A stretch of 38,294 nt of DNA from a virus (IMGVR_UViG_3300044701_003381:1-38294), one strand, 5' to 3'. Positions 26,001 through 35,908 are shown, counted from the stretch's first letter. Notes: generated from the sequence alone by a model not told the origin. Program-made: numbers and translations.

Positions 26001-29000
26001 AACACCAGTTAAATTTGAAGTTTTTCCAGTTATTCTATCACCTCTTACAAATTTGTTATCAGAAAGAACACTAACAAATTCATTTTCTCTATCCCAATAT
26101 TCAACAATTCCGGTAAAACCACTAGTGGTTACAACTTCTTCGCCAATAACAAAATTATTCTTTTGAAGTGTTATTTCAAATGTTGGGAAATAACTCTGAG
26201 GAACAACATAACCAAAAGAATTGACTGGTATATAATTACCAGGAATTTGTTCACCAATTAGATAGTTGCTCATATCAATTGAGAAACTTGTAGAAGTCAC
26301 ATTTTCTACAGTAAATAACGCATAACCATAATTTTCTGAATTAATTCCCTTAACATTTTGATTTACACTAACTTCATTAGTAATTGGATCTACAACAACA
26401 TCATTAACCCTAAAGTTCTCAAGTAAAACCTTATCACCATCATCAAAAGGAACATCTGCTTTACTGCTAAAGAATGGATTTAAAGTAAACGTTAGTATTT
26501 TTTCATCTATATTGTAAGAAGCACTTCTAACACTAATTCCATTTGAATTATTAATAGGAACAATAATTGGAGTTTTATTGAACAGACCAGAACTATTTTG
26601 AATTATTTCGACTTGATAATCTTCAGGAATGAATTTTAATTCGGATTGCGAATCAAATTTATTAGTTAATCCATCAAGAACAATAAGATCTGGAGTAAGA
26701 GTATAATTTTTACCTATAGAAAGTACTTTAATATTTTTAAATATACTTAATGGTTCAACGTTTATTAGCTGGGGAAGATTCCCAGTTGGTCTGAGACTAT
26801 AATCAACACTATAATCAAATCCAATATTTTGAATATCAACTTTTTTAACGGATCCTATTTTTTCGCTAAATGGGAATAATAATGCACCACTTCCAGTTTC
26901 TGTAGTAATTGATGTTATTCCGGGTAAAACTCTATACTTCCTATCTCTAGAAAGAACAGATACTTTTTCAATAGTTCCTGTTGTTGAATATGAATCAGTT
27001 ACATATGAGATATTTGAATTTGATTTTGTATATGAAGTTTTTTCAGGTCTTTTTCTTAAAAAATAGTCAAAATAATTTGACCCTGCAGAATAAACTCTTT
27101 TTTCTCCGGAATATGCACTGTCTAAAATGAACAATGTGCTATTATTAGGTATATTATCATCATCAATTCTATATTGAGTTTTTGTTTCTGGAACATTAAG
27201 TGAAGTATTGACTAAAGTAAATTTGTAAAAAAGTTTTTGTGGAGTATGGTCATTTATTTCTAATCTAACTTTTGCAAAGTTTTCTACACCAATTTCTCCA
27301 ATTTTAGTTACCTTGAATGAAGTATCATTTTCAGACTTTATAAATTTTTCAATGAATTTTTCATCTGTGTATAAATCAAAGTCAAATGCAGAAAATCTTG
27401 TGTCATTATTTACAAATGAAAGTGACTGATCTGTTAAAATGAAGTCAACAATTTGATTTCTATAAAGATTAAATGATGGATTTATGGAAGAAATTTTTCC
27501 ATCTGAAGATGTTATAAGGTCAATAACATTTGGATTTTTTGAAATAGCATCATTATAAGTTTCTGCAAGACTGAAATTGTTATCATCTTTAACTACAACA
27601 TAATAAATTTTATTATTTTTTATGGGAGAAAGCGGATCAGTAACCTCAGTTGTGTGTATAACTTTTTCTCCGGTATAATATCCATGATTATTAATAATAA
27701 TTGTATTATTATCTGTATCTGTCTGCACAAAATCTTTTGGATCAAAAACTAATCTTCTATTTTCATCATTATATTTTACAATTATTTCTCTTACAGAAGT
27801 ATCTTTTACAGTAATATTAACTTTTTCATTATAAAATAAAGAAGGATTTGTAGATGTAGTGACTCTAGCAATATTTTTAGAAATTTTTCCAACCTGAACA
27901 TCATTATAATCAGTTTTAAAACTATGATATTTTCTAGACCCAACATTAGTAAAATAAAGTAATGTTGCATTATTCGTTGGATTTAAATACTCTCCTGTAG
28001 TAGTTAAACCAACATAATCCGTAGAAATACCAATATGATTGGAATCAAATACATAAGCATACAGATTTTCAGGATCTGTTAATGGGAAAGTGGTTAGTTT
28101 ATTTTCAGATGCTATAATTTGAGAACCAGAATTATTATTGTAAACAATTTTATCACCTGTTTTTAATTTATGTTCTGGCAAATATATTTGTCTGATTGGG
28201 ATTTCTCTAGTAATCCACTTTTGAACGAAAGAAGTGACTCCGGATCCTGCAATAGAATTTAATTGTGTTAATGTAAGATTAATTGTATTATAATCTACAG
28301 TTATAGAACTAAATCCAACATTGAGAACTTTTAATTGTTCAAAGTCAAAAGAAGGGTCAGATGAACCAATTAGTTTTACATACTCTCCGATTCTAAAGTT
28401 AGAAGAATTTATTTGATTATTAAATACTAAACTAAGTTTTGCATTTAGGTCTCCATATACATATGAATCTGTAGAAATGCCAACTTGATAGTTTACAGGA
28501 GTTGTTTCTAGAAGAACTGTACTTGTAAATCCAGTAGTTCCAATACCCACAGAAATAGAAGGATCGAAATAAATCTCATTGTTTATTGGATAATTCTTTT
28601 GTCCAAGGAAAACTTCAGAGGAAACGTCTCCAACCGCAGAAACTTCAAAAACTCTTGGTTTTTCGATTAAAGTTGCTCCTACAGGATGAGAAGAAATTCC
28701 AGATTTATTTCTTAAAACTCTTATTTCAGAATCTTGCGGGTAAATATTCAATACTTTTAATTCTTCATATCCAATACTGTAGACATCATTTGGTCTAATT
28801 GTAGTTGGTTTTAAGTTACCAATAACTTTAAGATTTATTGGTATAAAATTATCAGCAGAAGTTCCAATTGCAATACTTTGATTAAGTGTTAATTGATTTG
28901 TAAACACATTTACGGAAGAACTAACCTCTTTCCTATCATTTGTCAACAATTCATCAAGTCCAATAATAGAAATAATATCATTATCACTCAATCCGTGAGG

Positions 29001-32000
29001 TTCTGAAGAAACGCCAAGAACAGAATTTGTGAAAGTTGAAGTTCCAAACTCAATATTTTCAATAGTCGTATTGTTTACTGAAATACTATTAACAGTTTTT
29101 CCTTTGATTTCAGATACTTCAGCAAAGGACCTATTACCAAATTCATCTTCATCAAATTCTATTTTGTCGCCTACAGTATAATTTTCACCTCCAGAAATAA
29201 CAGTAACATCATCAATTATTCCTCTTTCAGTTCTAGATACTTTATTTAATTGCTCTTCATAATCAATAGGATTGAACACATAATTATAGGTTGCGGTATC
29301 ACTTAAAAACTTATATTGATTTGTATTTCTAATTAGGTTTAGACTCTCAAAAGAAACAGAGTTTTGATTTATAGTTGTTTCAAAGTTAAAATCTATTATA
29401 CTTGATTTAAATTTATTTCCAATCAGATAGGGAAACTCTGGTCTCAAATATTTTTGACTAAATTGACTGTCAAATCCACCAATTGTCGAAAAATATGCGT
29501 ACACTCCATTAGGAAACTCTGGAGTTACACAGAATCTACCATTATATTCGTCAAGATCACCAATATCAGTGTATTGATAATCCTCAACAAATATTCCCAA
29601 AGGAAAAATATCTGTACTTGGTCTATTTTCACTCAATAGTCTGGAATACCCAGATTCCATTCTTTTAAACAATCCACTACCATTTGCGTTTGTAAATCCA
29701 AATGGTCCATAAATCGGATTTCCGTCATATGCCCATCCTATAATTGGAGAATGTATATCTGATGTAATACTTTCAACACCATTAGAATCAACTTCTAAAT
29801 CCTTTTTATAGAAAATTTTATCTCCTTCAACCTTAGATACCAGAATATTTTCTCTGAGTTTTCTTGGTGCATATGAGTGAGTTATTTGAGTAATTCTTTC
29901 TCCAAATTCATTTTTTGTATCATATAAAATAATATCATTGGAAGTTATTAAATTTTTTAATATTAATCTTTCTACAGAATTGATATTCCAAGTTTGGATT
30001 GAAAAATCAAATCCAGCACCAGACCCAGAAGATATTACCCTAAGACTTGTCCCGTTATTGTTATAATTTATTCCTTCTGATGTAACTTTTACATCGATAA
30101 TTCTTCCATTTGAAATTACAGGAATTAAATTCGCACCAGTTCCTGCCCCATCAATTTCTATAGTTGGAGTCGTATTATAATTTGAACCACCGTTAACAAT
30201 TAAAACCCTTTTTATTTGTCCATTTGAAATAATAGGCTTTAATTCTGCCCCAGATCCATTTTTTACTTGTATTTTGGGTTGCCTATTGAAATTTAATACA
30301 CTTTCGGAACCATATCCAGAACCAGAATTTACAATCGCTGTTGAGAATAGTTCGCCTTTAAAATAAGGTATTATCGTTGCTCCAATTTCTGCTGCTGGTA
30401 ACGATTTATTCTTGAAATTTCCAAGTATTTCAACTTTAATTTCTTGATAGTTTATATTATAAGATCCAGATCCATAGTCAACAAAATTGACAAATACATT
30501 TTTTGTTAGGTTATAATCTTTTGGATTTACTTGGTCAGTATTAATTCCACACAACCTAAATTCATCTTCATCAAGTACACTTACAAAATATTCCGTATTT
30601 GTTGTTAATCCAGATATAGAAGTTCCATTAGCATTATATACGATTATTTCTCCAGTTTTATATCCGTGATTGTTAATTTTTATAGAATTTCTATAAAGAT
30701 CTAAATGATCATTATTGAATACCCATTTTTTGTTTGTGTAATTCTTTCCACTTCTGATTACTCTAATGGAACCTATGGTTGACTTTTTATTTACACTCTT
30801 AAGGTAATGTTTTCCTGGAGCAAGACTAGTTAAATCTATTGGATTTGTTTTATGAATCGCATCGGAAAAAGTTCCATAAATTTTTAAAACAAAATCAGTA
30901 TCTGGAGAAACAAAATAATCAACATTTCTCTGCAATCCTTCAATTGGAACATCCGTATAATCATACCTAATTCTTTCTCCTTCATAAAATTTATGCTTTA
31001 AGTTGAAAGTAATTGTATTTGTAGATACATTTACCTGATTACTTTCCGCAACAAACTCAACAAAATGCTCAAAAACAGTCATATTTGGAATTGCTAGAGC
31101 ATTGCTACCATTTCCACCAGAAATTTTTATTTCTGGTATTCCGTCATAATCAAATCCTCCATCCAAAATATCAATTCTATCTAATGAACCTCTAACATGT
31201 GATATTGCTGTAGCACCAATTCCAGAATCATCAGTGATTTCCAAAATTGGAGGGTTTATAACATCATAACCACTTCCAAAAGATTTTACATCAATCGATT
31301 TAATAGCACCATAGTAAATAAAATCATTTGATTTATAATTTTGAATCTCAACTCCATTAGCCAAAATTCCAATAGGTCCAGATGGTGTTATAACCTCATC
31401 ATTTGGTATTATTGGTTTCGAAATCTTTTTAAAAATATTTTTTGGTGAAATTTTTCTACTAAATTCAGTTTCCTCTCCAGAACTTAAATTGTTCTGGAAG
31501 AAAATTAATTCATTTGTTGATTTATAAATTTTATTCTCGGTGCCAGATAACTCTAAAGTATCTTTGCCCAATCCAACATCAACAAAAATATTATTATCAA
31601 TATTACTTCTACTACTTGACAGTTTTATTTGAGTCGAGTTATTAAAGCTTCCTAAAACTTTAACATAATAGACTCCATCTAAAATATTAAGAGAATTTCC
31701 ATCTGGACCAGATTGATAATATACAGCATCTCCAGTAATGAATGAGTGCTTTCCAATATTTAAAACTTTGTCGATAATACTAGGATTATTTACATTGACC
31801 GATTCACCTATGAAAAAGTCTTCACCCAATACTACAGTTTCATCACTCAGAGAAATTCTTTCTTTACTATATTTTGGTAAAGATTGTGATGAAACATAGA
31901 GATTTTCTTCAGAATCTTTATATGTGTTTTGAACATCTGCAATATAAATGTTATCTGATTCTGGAAAAACTTCAGAGTTATATGTAAATTGAAATTTTGC

Positions 32001-33587
32001 AACTTTTCTTTCAATTTTATATGTACTTGATGGATTAAAATTTGGTGGCAATGATACATTAACTTTGAAATTATTTGAAACAGACTCAATCACACCATTA
32101 AAAGATTGCAATAGTCCAAAAGTGGATTGTAGAGTTACTTCATCACCTTGATAAAATATATGATCATCATATAAATTTATTGTGTAAATATTATTTTCTG
32201 GATTATTAATTTCAATACTTTTTACATCATATGATGGACACGCATTCAATTTCCAATTATTAAATTTACTATCTTTGATATCTTTTCCTAAAGTTCTTAA
32301 TTTAATTCTATTTCCACTTACAATGTAATGAGACTTGGGATCAACTATAGCTTCCGACAAAACTCCACTGATTCTAAATTTGATTGGATTTTCATCTTGA
32401 CCAATAGTTAAACCACCTTCACAAACATAATCCAAGTAAATATCGCTTGCTCTTTGAATGGTTCTAACAATACCAGAACAACCTAAGAATTGATTCAGAT
32501 TTTTTCTTTCATAATTGATTGATTGTGAAGTATTGTCATCATAGTAAACAACCAATGTTCCATTTTTTTCTGGAAATCCATAAGTACTATCTACTGATAT
32601 AGATGTAGACCCTGTAAGAACCTCATCAATAATTCTAGTCTTGGGACCAATTACAAAGTTACCATAAACAGAACCTCTTAAGTTAATATCTTTATTATAA
32701 TCAAAATCAAGACTTAATACGTAATAAGTTTTATCTTTTCTTGATATAGTTTGAACTTTATTGACTGTTCCATATGCAGAAGATATAAAGTCTTTTCCAT
32801 CAATCGTTAATGCATTTTGAAATATTGTTGTATTTACAAGTTCTTTAGGATCTCCTTCAATTGCTTCAACAACTAATTCTTGATTCTTTCTATATTGAGC
32901 ATCTGAAGGTCTAATTAAGTAATCTCTTGGTTTTATAACCTGAACATCGTCACCAAACAATGCTTTAAATAAAATCTTATATGAAGCATCAGTTCCCTTT
33001 GAAGTGTAAAAATCCTTTAACTGCTTTATTAAAAGATTTTTATTGACTTTTATATTTGTTCCAGAGAAAAATTTTCTATCTTCAAATCCAGGAGCAAATT
33101 GATATTTTATTTTTTTGAAGAACTCGTTGAGGAAAAGAATATTTAAATTCTTAACTACAGAAGACCTTGAATGTTGACTAGCACTAGATTCTTGGAATTC
33201 TAAACCATTCTCATAAGAAGTAATTCCACTAAATCCCCTTGAACACTCTTCAAATGAGTTTGAGGTTTTTGACTTGTAGAGAATAATTTCATTATCAATT
33301 TGAATTAATCCATACTTATCAGGAAATCCTGCAGTAGTAGATACAGGAATACTAGTATTTGAGAAAGAAATGTCTTGAGACAGACTAGTTGTCTCGATTA
33401 AATTTGTAAGATTATCAAGTTTAACATACTTATCAATATTTTGTAATATGTCTAGAGTACCACCTTGATATTCAATACCAGAGTAATATTCATTGAAAAG
33501 ACTTTCAACTAGCGGATAATTTTCCTTTACAAAATTAGGAAGTTGATTCTTGATGACATTACTAAGTTTAATCCTTGTATTTTGCAT
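20058..33587 (-). CDS. gp7: Giant baseplate wedge initiator-like protein (4509 aa)
   Basis: Lies between gp6 and gp8. N-terminal NQLPNFVKE.YP and LIKQLKDFYTSKGT..SYKILFKALFG; internal RIQDSFYYQYFSY.LKS....W...VSSLNH.SGF, the gp7-type motif. Many repeated beta modules. Confidence 0.82.
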   Translation of the reverse strand: MQNTRIKLSNVIKNQLPNFVKENYPLVESLFNEYYSGIEYQGGTLDILQNIDKYVKLDNLTNLIETTSLSQDISFSNTSIPVSTTAGFPDKYGLIQIDNEIILYKSKTSNSFEECSRGFSGITSYENGLEFQESSASQHSRSSVVKNLNILFLNEFFKKIKYQFAPGFEDRKFFSGTNIKVNKNLLIKQLKDFYTSKGTDASYKILFKALFGDDVQVIKPRDYLIRPSDAQYRKNQELVVEAIEGDPKELVNTTIFQNALTIDGKDFISSAYGTVNKVQTISRKDKTYYVLSLDFDYNKDINLRGSVYGNFVIGPKTRIIDEVLTGSTSISVDSTYGFPEKNGTLVVYYDDNTSQSINYERKNLNQFLGCSGIVRTIQRASDIYLDYVCEGGLTIGQDENPIKFRISGVLSEAIVDPKSHYIVSGNRIKLRTLGKDIKDSKFNNWKLNACPSYDVKSIEINNPENNIYTINLYDDHIFYQGDEVTLQSTFGLLQSFNGVIESVSNNFKVNVSLPPNFNPSSTYKIERKVAKFQFTYNSEVFPESDNIYIADVQNTYKDSEENLYVSSQSLPKYSKERISLSDETVVLGEDFFIGESVNVNNPSIIDKVLNIGKHSFITGDAVYYQSGPDGNSLNILDGVYYVKVLGSFNNSTQIKLSSSRSNIDNNIFVDVGLGKDTLELSGTENKIYKSTNELIFFQNNLSSGEETEFSRKISPKNIFKKISKPIIPNDEVITPSGPIGILANGVEIQNYKSNDFIYYGAIKSIDVKSFGSGYDVINPPILEITDDSGIGATAISHVRGSLDRIDILDGGFDYDGIPEIKISGGNGSNALAIPNMTVFEHFVEFVAESNQVNVSTNTITFNLKHKFYEGERIRYDYTDVPIEGLQRNVDYFVSPDTDFVLKIYGTFSDAIHKTNPIDLTSLAPGKHYLKSVNKKSTIGSIRVIRSGKNYTNKKWVFNNDHLDLYRNSIKINNHGYKTGEIIVYNANGTSISGLTTNTEYFVSVLDEDEFRLCGINTDQVNPKDYNLTKNVFVNFVDYGSGSYNINYQEIKVEILGNFKNKSLPAAEIGATIIPYFKGELFSTAIVNSGSGYGSESVLNFNRQPKIQVKNGSGAELKPIISNGQIKRVLIVNGGSNYNTTPTIEIDGAGTGANLIPVISNGRIIDVKVTSEGINYNNNGTSLRVISSGSGAGFDFSIQTWNINSVERLILKNLITSNDIILYDTKNEFGERITQITHSYAPRKLRENILVSKVEGDKIFYKKDLEVDSNGVESITSDIHSPIIGWAYDGNPIYGPFGFTNANGSGLFKRMESGYSRLLSENRPSTDIFPLGIFVEDYQYTDIGDLDEYNGRFCVTPEFPNGVYAYFSTIGGFDSQFSQKYLRPEFPYLIGNKFKSSIIDFNFETTINQNSVSFESLNLIRNTNQYKFLSDTATYNYVFNPIDYEEQLNKVSRTERGIIDDVTVISGGENYTVGDKIEFDEDEFGNRSFAEVSEIKGKTVNSISVNNTTIENIEFGTSTFTNSVLGVSSEPHGLSDNDIISIIGLDELLTNDRKEVSSSVNVFTNQLTLNQSIAIGTSADNFIPINLKVIGNLKPTTIRPNDVYSIGYEELKVLNIYPQDSEIRVLRNKSGISSHPVGATLIEKPRVFEVSAVGDVSSEVFLGQKNYPINNEIYFDPSISVGIGTTGFTSTVLLETTPVNYQVGISTDSYVYGDLNAKLSLVFNNQINSSNFRIGEYVKLIGSSDPSFDFEQLKVLNVGFSSITVDYNTINLTLTQLNSIAGSGVTSFVQKWITREIPIRQIYLPEHKLKTGDKIVYNNNSGSQIIASENKLTTFPLTDPENLYAYVFDSNHIGISTDYVGLTTTGEYLNPTNNATLLYFTNVGSRKYHSFKTDYNDVQVGKISKNIARVTTSTNPSLFYNEKVNITVKDTSVREIIVKYNDENRRLVFDPKDFVQTDTDNNTIIINNHGYYTGEKVIHTTEVTDPLSPIKNNKIYYVVVKDDNNFSLAETYNDAISKNPNVIDLITSSDGKISSINPSFNLYRNQIVDFILTDQSLSFVNNDTRFSAFDFDLYTDEKFIEKFIKSENDTSFKVTKIGEIGVENFAKVRLEINDHTPQKLFYKFTLVNTSLNVPETKTQYRIDDDNIPNNSTLFILDSAYSGEKRVYSAGSNYFDYFLRKRPEKTSYTKSNSNISYVTDSYSTTGTIEKVSVLSRDRKYRVLPGITSITTETGSGALLFPFSEKIGSVKKVDIQNIGFDYSVDYSLRPTGNLPQLINVEPLSIFKNIKVLSIGKNYTLTPDLIVLDGLTNKFDSQSELKFIPEDYQVEIIQNSSGLFNKTPIIVPINNSNGISVRSASYNIDEKILTFTLNPFFSSKADVPFDDGDKVLLENFRVNDVVVDPITNEVSVNQNVKGINSENYGYALFTVENVTSTSFSIDMSNYLIGEQIPGNYIPVNSFGYVVPQSYFPTFEITLQKNNFVIGEEVVTTSGFTGIVEYWDRENEFVSVLSDNKFVRGDRITGKTSNLTGVVGKVEFFDAEYKTSSSSTVARGWDTEIGFLNDKSQRIQDSFYYQYFSYDLKSKTQYSDWEDAVSSLNHVSGFRKFSTFEVESSTETANPITISYSELNSVSDLISIIDLNSYVNFDMVSENSYLLDGRVVSDQIVFNTIPVQDYAESVGNRVLMIDDFSREFNNLPREERFVVADRFPIFQTRFRKYFTYVKDKLFFNERQFGIITIIHDNLEGYVSQYGRLDTVNELGNFEFKIKGNFGEITFNPFDYEFNDFDVELVSYSLFDTFAGLGSTAQQYYDLGNIVKFNNQTSEIPSGSTSTIGISTVDTTYRSSKVLVTLNDETGEFRESVELNIVHDGTDVYISEYGKLYTQSINPPVGFATYSAFISGSNIVVTATPTVAYASTLEVNVFNISIADLTRSSPGVLALANTRLESGFVNIPITQNPVPIQIHQHTLVYGGSYYYLSISDTTNGIYNALELTTVNNETDVYETQFGSVITDDSLVKLGTITTQVVGNTCRLFFTPLSGRNLDIRYYYQGVKTTTEVPENPDELILSLNESQINSYTTDYIGTQNAIRRSFELYHKNLRILRRVFNASSFTSVNLVNDTIRIPNHYFVTGEEVVYDTNGDDPIGIAVTDIPGIGSTNILPSKLYIIKENDLFVRVAASASQALRAVPDYLNLTSYGTGTNHTFTGKKGNPRSLITIDNMIQQPIVSTSFETRLSEPVGLKDIRVKVENPEVFIGGDIFQVDNEILRVKVVGFGATNTLLVNRFWLGTLPGIHTVGTACTKLVGDYNIVDNTIHFYDPPYGPIPITPTNPKPDEVDFVGIATGSSFSGRIFNKSGQINGDNPTYSDNILLDGISEQFTGIRSEFTLTEKGVPASGISTSNLFVLVKNILQVPFDEENNPDGAFTLGQLPGGEATIIFKQSEEVANTDDINSTNLPVGGVIVSTGSTFGSGYQPLNAAGASVTIANNGSISNVTIGSTGSGYRLVGGKEILVTTSSGISSGSNVLTINEERGLFDKLAYSSSPLCSVGVGTIYNDVQITGYNQISSTITLAENLDVNLPSGSQVSIKLNDLSTELVDIGIRTESKSDYNVAYLGFSTVINGSISSNLNLVNPGIAFTAFYDVFATRASQSVSVGSTVVYINTIRNINNINNYITLNSNYNVKITGIGNTFITVDTPLSAITANDVITIRRYSPPEIVFDSPLAYSDIPLIYSSDSPSVGIGTGAKLNLVIGVDGSVVDFNFTNNGYGYRPFEVLTVPVGGLTGIPTNTSQAFSEFQIFVDDVYDTKFSSWSIGDLQVIDNFDNLFDNTRQIFPIKINGETKSLRAKKGSSIDIQATLIVLFNDILQVPGEGYTFKGGSIIYFPEPPKFGDTVTIIFYRGNGDVDVLDVDILDPLEVGDSLTIVSDVKRLNQNERIVSEIVSSDYANTLIYSEKGIANDFNLLRPVILSKKTEDSVIDGQFVGKNRVYYESNIYPAAKLISNITENSSEFYIDSLKPFFDNAAETIFDKDRNKIKIIDQTEKSPAIATCQVSNGQVTSISILDGGQGYVTAPNISIQYPYFSHPAPIGIALTNINDLVGTISSTGISTAIIGEFISGEDSGASGILAGIVTGNYIKIIPTNLNRFQVGEEINLFESGFSADISSLDSTEFATATSTISSGSVNLITVTNPGTGYTYGPIKTLELISNGSGYPATLNESNSTFTSARLKSKTGIGRNAAVDINLIVDLISEDFVVDRNNINITSKGLKYSVGDILEVDVFDNPGIGETFRNYPLTTPFRFEVKQIEPPKVSIDPPTVKTEIIPDVSFLSGDFGVIVGISTISRVVVGSIDPPAVVFDLYIPENSILRDADFIGNTVVGSAITISQLNQGDYFAVNNSTIANIPNTSYGIGGQVIGISTNLNNIYQVLYTPTTSQITHPKYGQIFVRKVVCPIQNLSSDFDGVFTDSDLAEFSWGKISNLTKRTDPTQFNVDLTSNHNHPIIQRYNPLKYENFDYSP

Positions 33588-33592
33588 TTCTA

Positions 33593-35506
33593 CTATTCTC
33601 TAATTAATTTTCCATTCGTATAACTTGAGGTTGTAATGTAATTAGTTCCAGAAATATCATTTCCTGAAGAAATATTATCAGGAACAGGTGTAACTGTTAC
33701 TTTATTCATATCAAGTTTTAGATAAAGATCTTGTAAACCAATGACATCATTTGATTTTGGAGTTACTGAAACTTCAACAATAGATTCTCCACTATCTATA
33801 ATAGTAGAAATTATGTTAATTGGATTCAATAATATTTCACCTTTCTTATAATATATCTTACCAACAGATTGTCTAACTTGTATTGGTTGTTCAGATTCTG
33901 TTGACAATTTAAACAAGAAAAGATTGCCAGATTTTTGATCTGGATTTGGTTTATCCGCAATATAAACAGTTCCATTAATACCACTTACAGAGAATCCCGA
34001 AGTCTTTATGTTATATCCATTGAGACTATTAATATGAATTTCATTTCCAAAGCAAATTTCATATTCTGCAAACTGATTAATAGATGCTCTAAAATCTCTT
34101 CTTAAAGAAACTTTAGTTATGTTGGAAGTAATTGATTTATCACTCTCATCAATTAAATTTAAAACCTTACTATACTTAAATCTAATATCGCTTTTATCTG
34201 ATTCTAATGACTTAGAATATTTTTCTAGGTTTGATAAAACTTTATTCTTGGACAATTGAGGATCATTTGTTAAGTTTTCATTATAATAAATCGTAGTATC
34301 TAATTCAATGAATAAGTATTTTAAATCAATAACATCAACTACTATTCCAGCAACTGTATACTTTCGAAGAAGATTTTTTAAATTCTGAGAAGCACTGGAA
34401 GATAAGAAAGAACCACTTTGAGGTTTAACTGCAACAAAAACTTTTCCATATCTCGGAGGATTTAAATCTTCTCCTCCAAAAACATTAACAGATTCTAATT
34501 CTGGATAAATTTTTGGAATAAGTGCTTTAAAATCGTTTGCTGTTACTGCTCTATTTTGAGAAGAGTAATATTTTGGAGCATAATTTCTAATTGACTGAAC
34601 ACTCTCGATTTCATTTCCACCAAATGATGCAGTATTTGCTGTAATATTAGAAACTCCTCTTGTAATTATTCCAGTGTTAGAGTCTAATCTTCCTGCAAAT
34701 GTAAACTGTGACAGGTTATTTCCCAACAGTCCATTTGAAACCACATAACTACATCTAATGCGATTACCATTATTCAATTTATTTCCAAAAATTCCATCGC
34801 CAAAAATTAATTCATATTTTTGATCTTCTATTTCTTGTGCAAAAAATATTTTTGAGTCTGATTTAATATCAATAATATCTTGTGCCAAACTATATTTTGT
34901 AGCAATAGTACTTGTACTGCTATCAAAAACAGAAACACTCAAAGTGCTTATATCAACATTAGAATTTTCTATAATATATCTCTGAGGAGGGTTTGGTATC
35001 AAAGAACTGACTAAAAATTCAGAACTTAATAAACTTCCTTCAAGTACTTCAATTTCATCAAAAAACGCAATCCCATTTACAACTGGAACTGTAATATCAT
35101 CTCTAACAACAAAAGTATAGCTTTCTCCACCAAAATCAGATTCCGTAGTACATACAATTCCTTTTTTTAAGGTTAAAATTCTTGGAATTCTTGGGGCATC
35201 AGAAACATCAACGAAAAAGGATATATTTGCTCTTGCTGCTGTTCTTGATCTTGGAACATATCCAATATTTCTTGCTAATGAAACAACATTTTCTCTTAGT
35301 GTTGCACTATCAATAAAGACCTCACCGCTAACCATGTTAGCATTGTATGAGGAAATGTACGTATTGTATGCAAGAATATCTATCAAGACCGACAAATTCG
35401 ATCCTTCAAAGTCATAATCTGTAAAATCTGAACTTGATCTAAGAAAATCTTTGATAGATATTCTTATTTGATCAAAATCTAGGTCTGTAAAATTTACTAT
35501 TGCCAT
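33593..35506 (-). CDS. gp6: Baseplate wedge subunit
   Basis: LDFDQI..SIKDFLR....FTDYDFEGSNLSVLIDILAYNT, FIDSATLRENVVSLARNIGYVPRS, YELIFGDG, QNRAVTANDF and P.YGKVF motifs. Confidence 0.95.
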   Translation of the reverse strand: MAIVNFTDLDFDQIRISIKDFLRSSSDFTDYDFEGSNLSVLIDILAYNTYISSYNANMVSGEVFIDSATLRENVVSLARNIGYVPRSRTAARANISFFVDVSDAPRIPRILTLKKGIVCTTESDFGGESYTFVVRDDITVPVVNGIAFFDEIEVLEGSLLSSEFLVSSLIPNPPQRYIIENSNVDISTLSVSVFDSSTSTIATKYSLAQDIIDIKSDSKIFFAQEIEDQKYELIFGDGIFGNKLNNGNRIRCSYVVSNGLLGNNLSQFTFAGRLDSNTGIITRGVSNITANTASFGGNEIESVQSIRNYAPKYYSSQNRAVTANDFKALIPKIYPELESVNVFGGEDLNPPRYGKVFVAVKPQSGSFLSSSASQNLKNLLRKYTVAGIVVDVIDLKYLFIELDTTIYYNENLTNDPQLSKNKVLSNLEKYSKSLESDKSDIRFKYSKVLNLIDESDKSITSNITKVSLRRDFRASINQFAEYEICFGNEIHINSLNGYNIKTSGFSVSGINGTVYIADKPNPDQKSGNLFLFKLSTESEQPIQVRQSVGKIYYKKGEILLNPINIISTIIDSGESIVEVSVTPKSNDVIGLQDLYLKLDMNKVTVTPVPDNISSGNDISGTNYITTSSYTNGKLIRE

Positions 35507-35908
35507 TTATCGGGTTGGCTGTAATACGAATACTAACTGTTGTGGCTGAACATCTATACCTATAATGTTGTATTTAACCGTGACATTAAATTCATTGTTA
35601 TCAAAATTAGGATTGACAATCACTTTAGTTAATGAAACTCTTGGTTCATAATTTCTGATTGTATTTTCAATTTGAGATTTGATTTCACTTGCAGAAATTG
35701 CATCAATATTTTCAAAAAGTGATTGTCCAATATCAGAACCAAGTCTTGGATTAAAAAATCTTTCACCTGGTGCAGTTAGCACCAGATTACGAACTGATCT
35801 TGCAATTGCAGTCTCGTTTTTAAGAGACAAAACATCAGAAGTCAATGGACTGACCTGAAGAGATAAACTAATATCTTTAAATGATTTACTAATTCTCTCT
35901 AAAGGCAT
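35507..35908 (-). CDS. gp25: Baseplate wedge subunit / sheath initiator
   Basis: FKDISLS, AIARSVRNLVLT.PGERFFNP.LGS and I.NYEPRV motifs of the GPW/gp25 family; abuts gp6. Confidence 0.93.
   Translation of the reverse strand: MPLERISKSFKDISLSLQVSPLTSDVLSLKNETAIARSVRNLVLTAPGERFFNPRLGSDIGQSLFENIDAISASEIKSQIENTIRNYEPRVSLTKVIVNPNFDNNEFNVTVKYNIIGIDVQPQQLVFVLQPTR

Noticed and set aside
10135-33587. Inteins, group I introns or homing endonucleases in the giant genes
   Set aside because: The frames are uninterrupted and I saw no intein C...HN(C/S/T) block, LAGLIDADG, GIY-YIG or HNH motif by eye; a profile search would be needed to exclude them fully.
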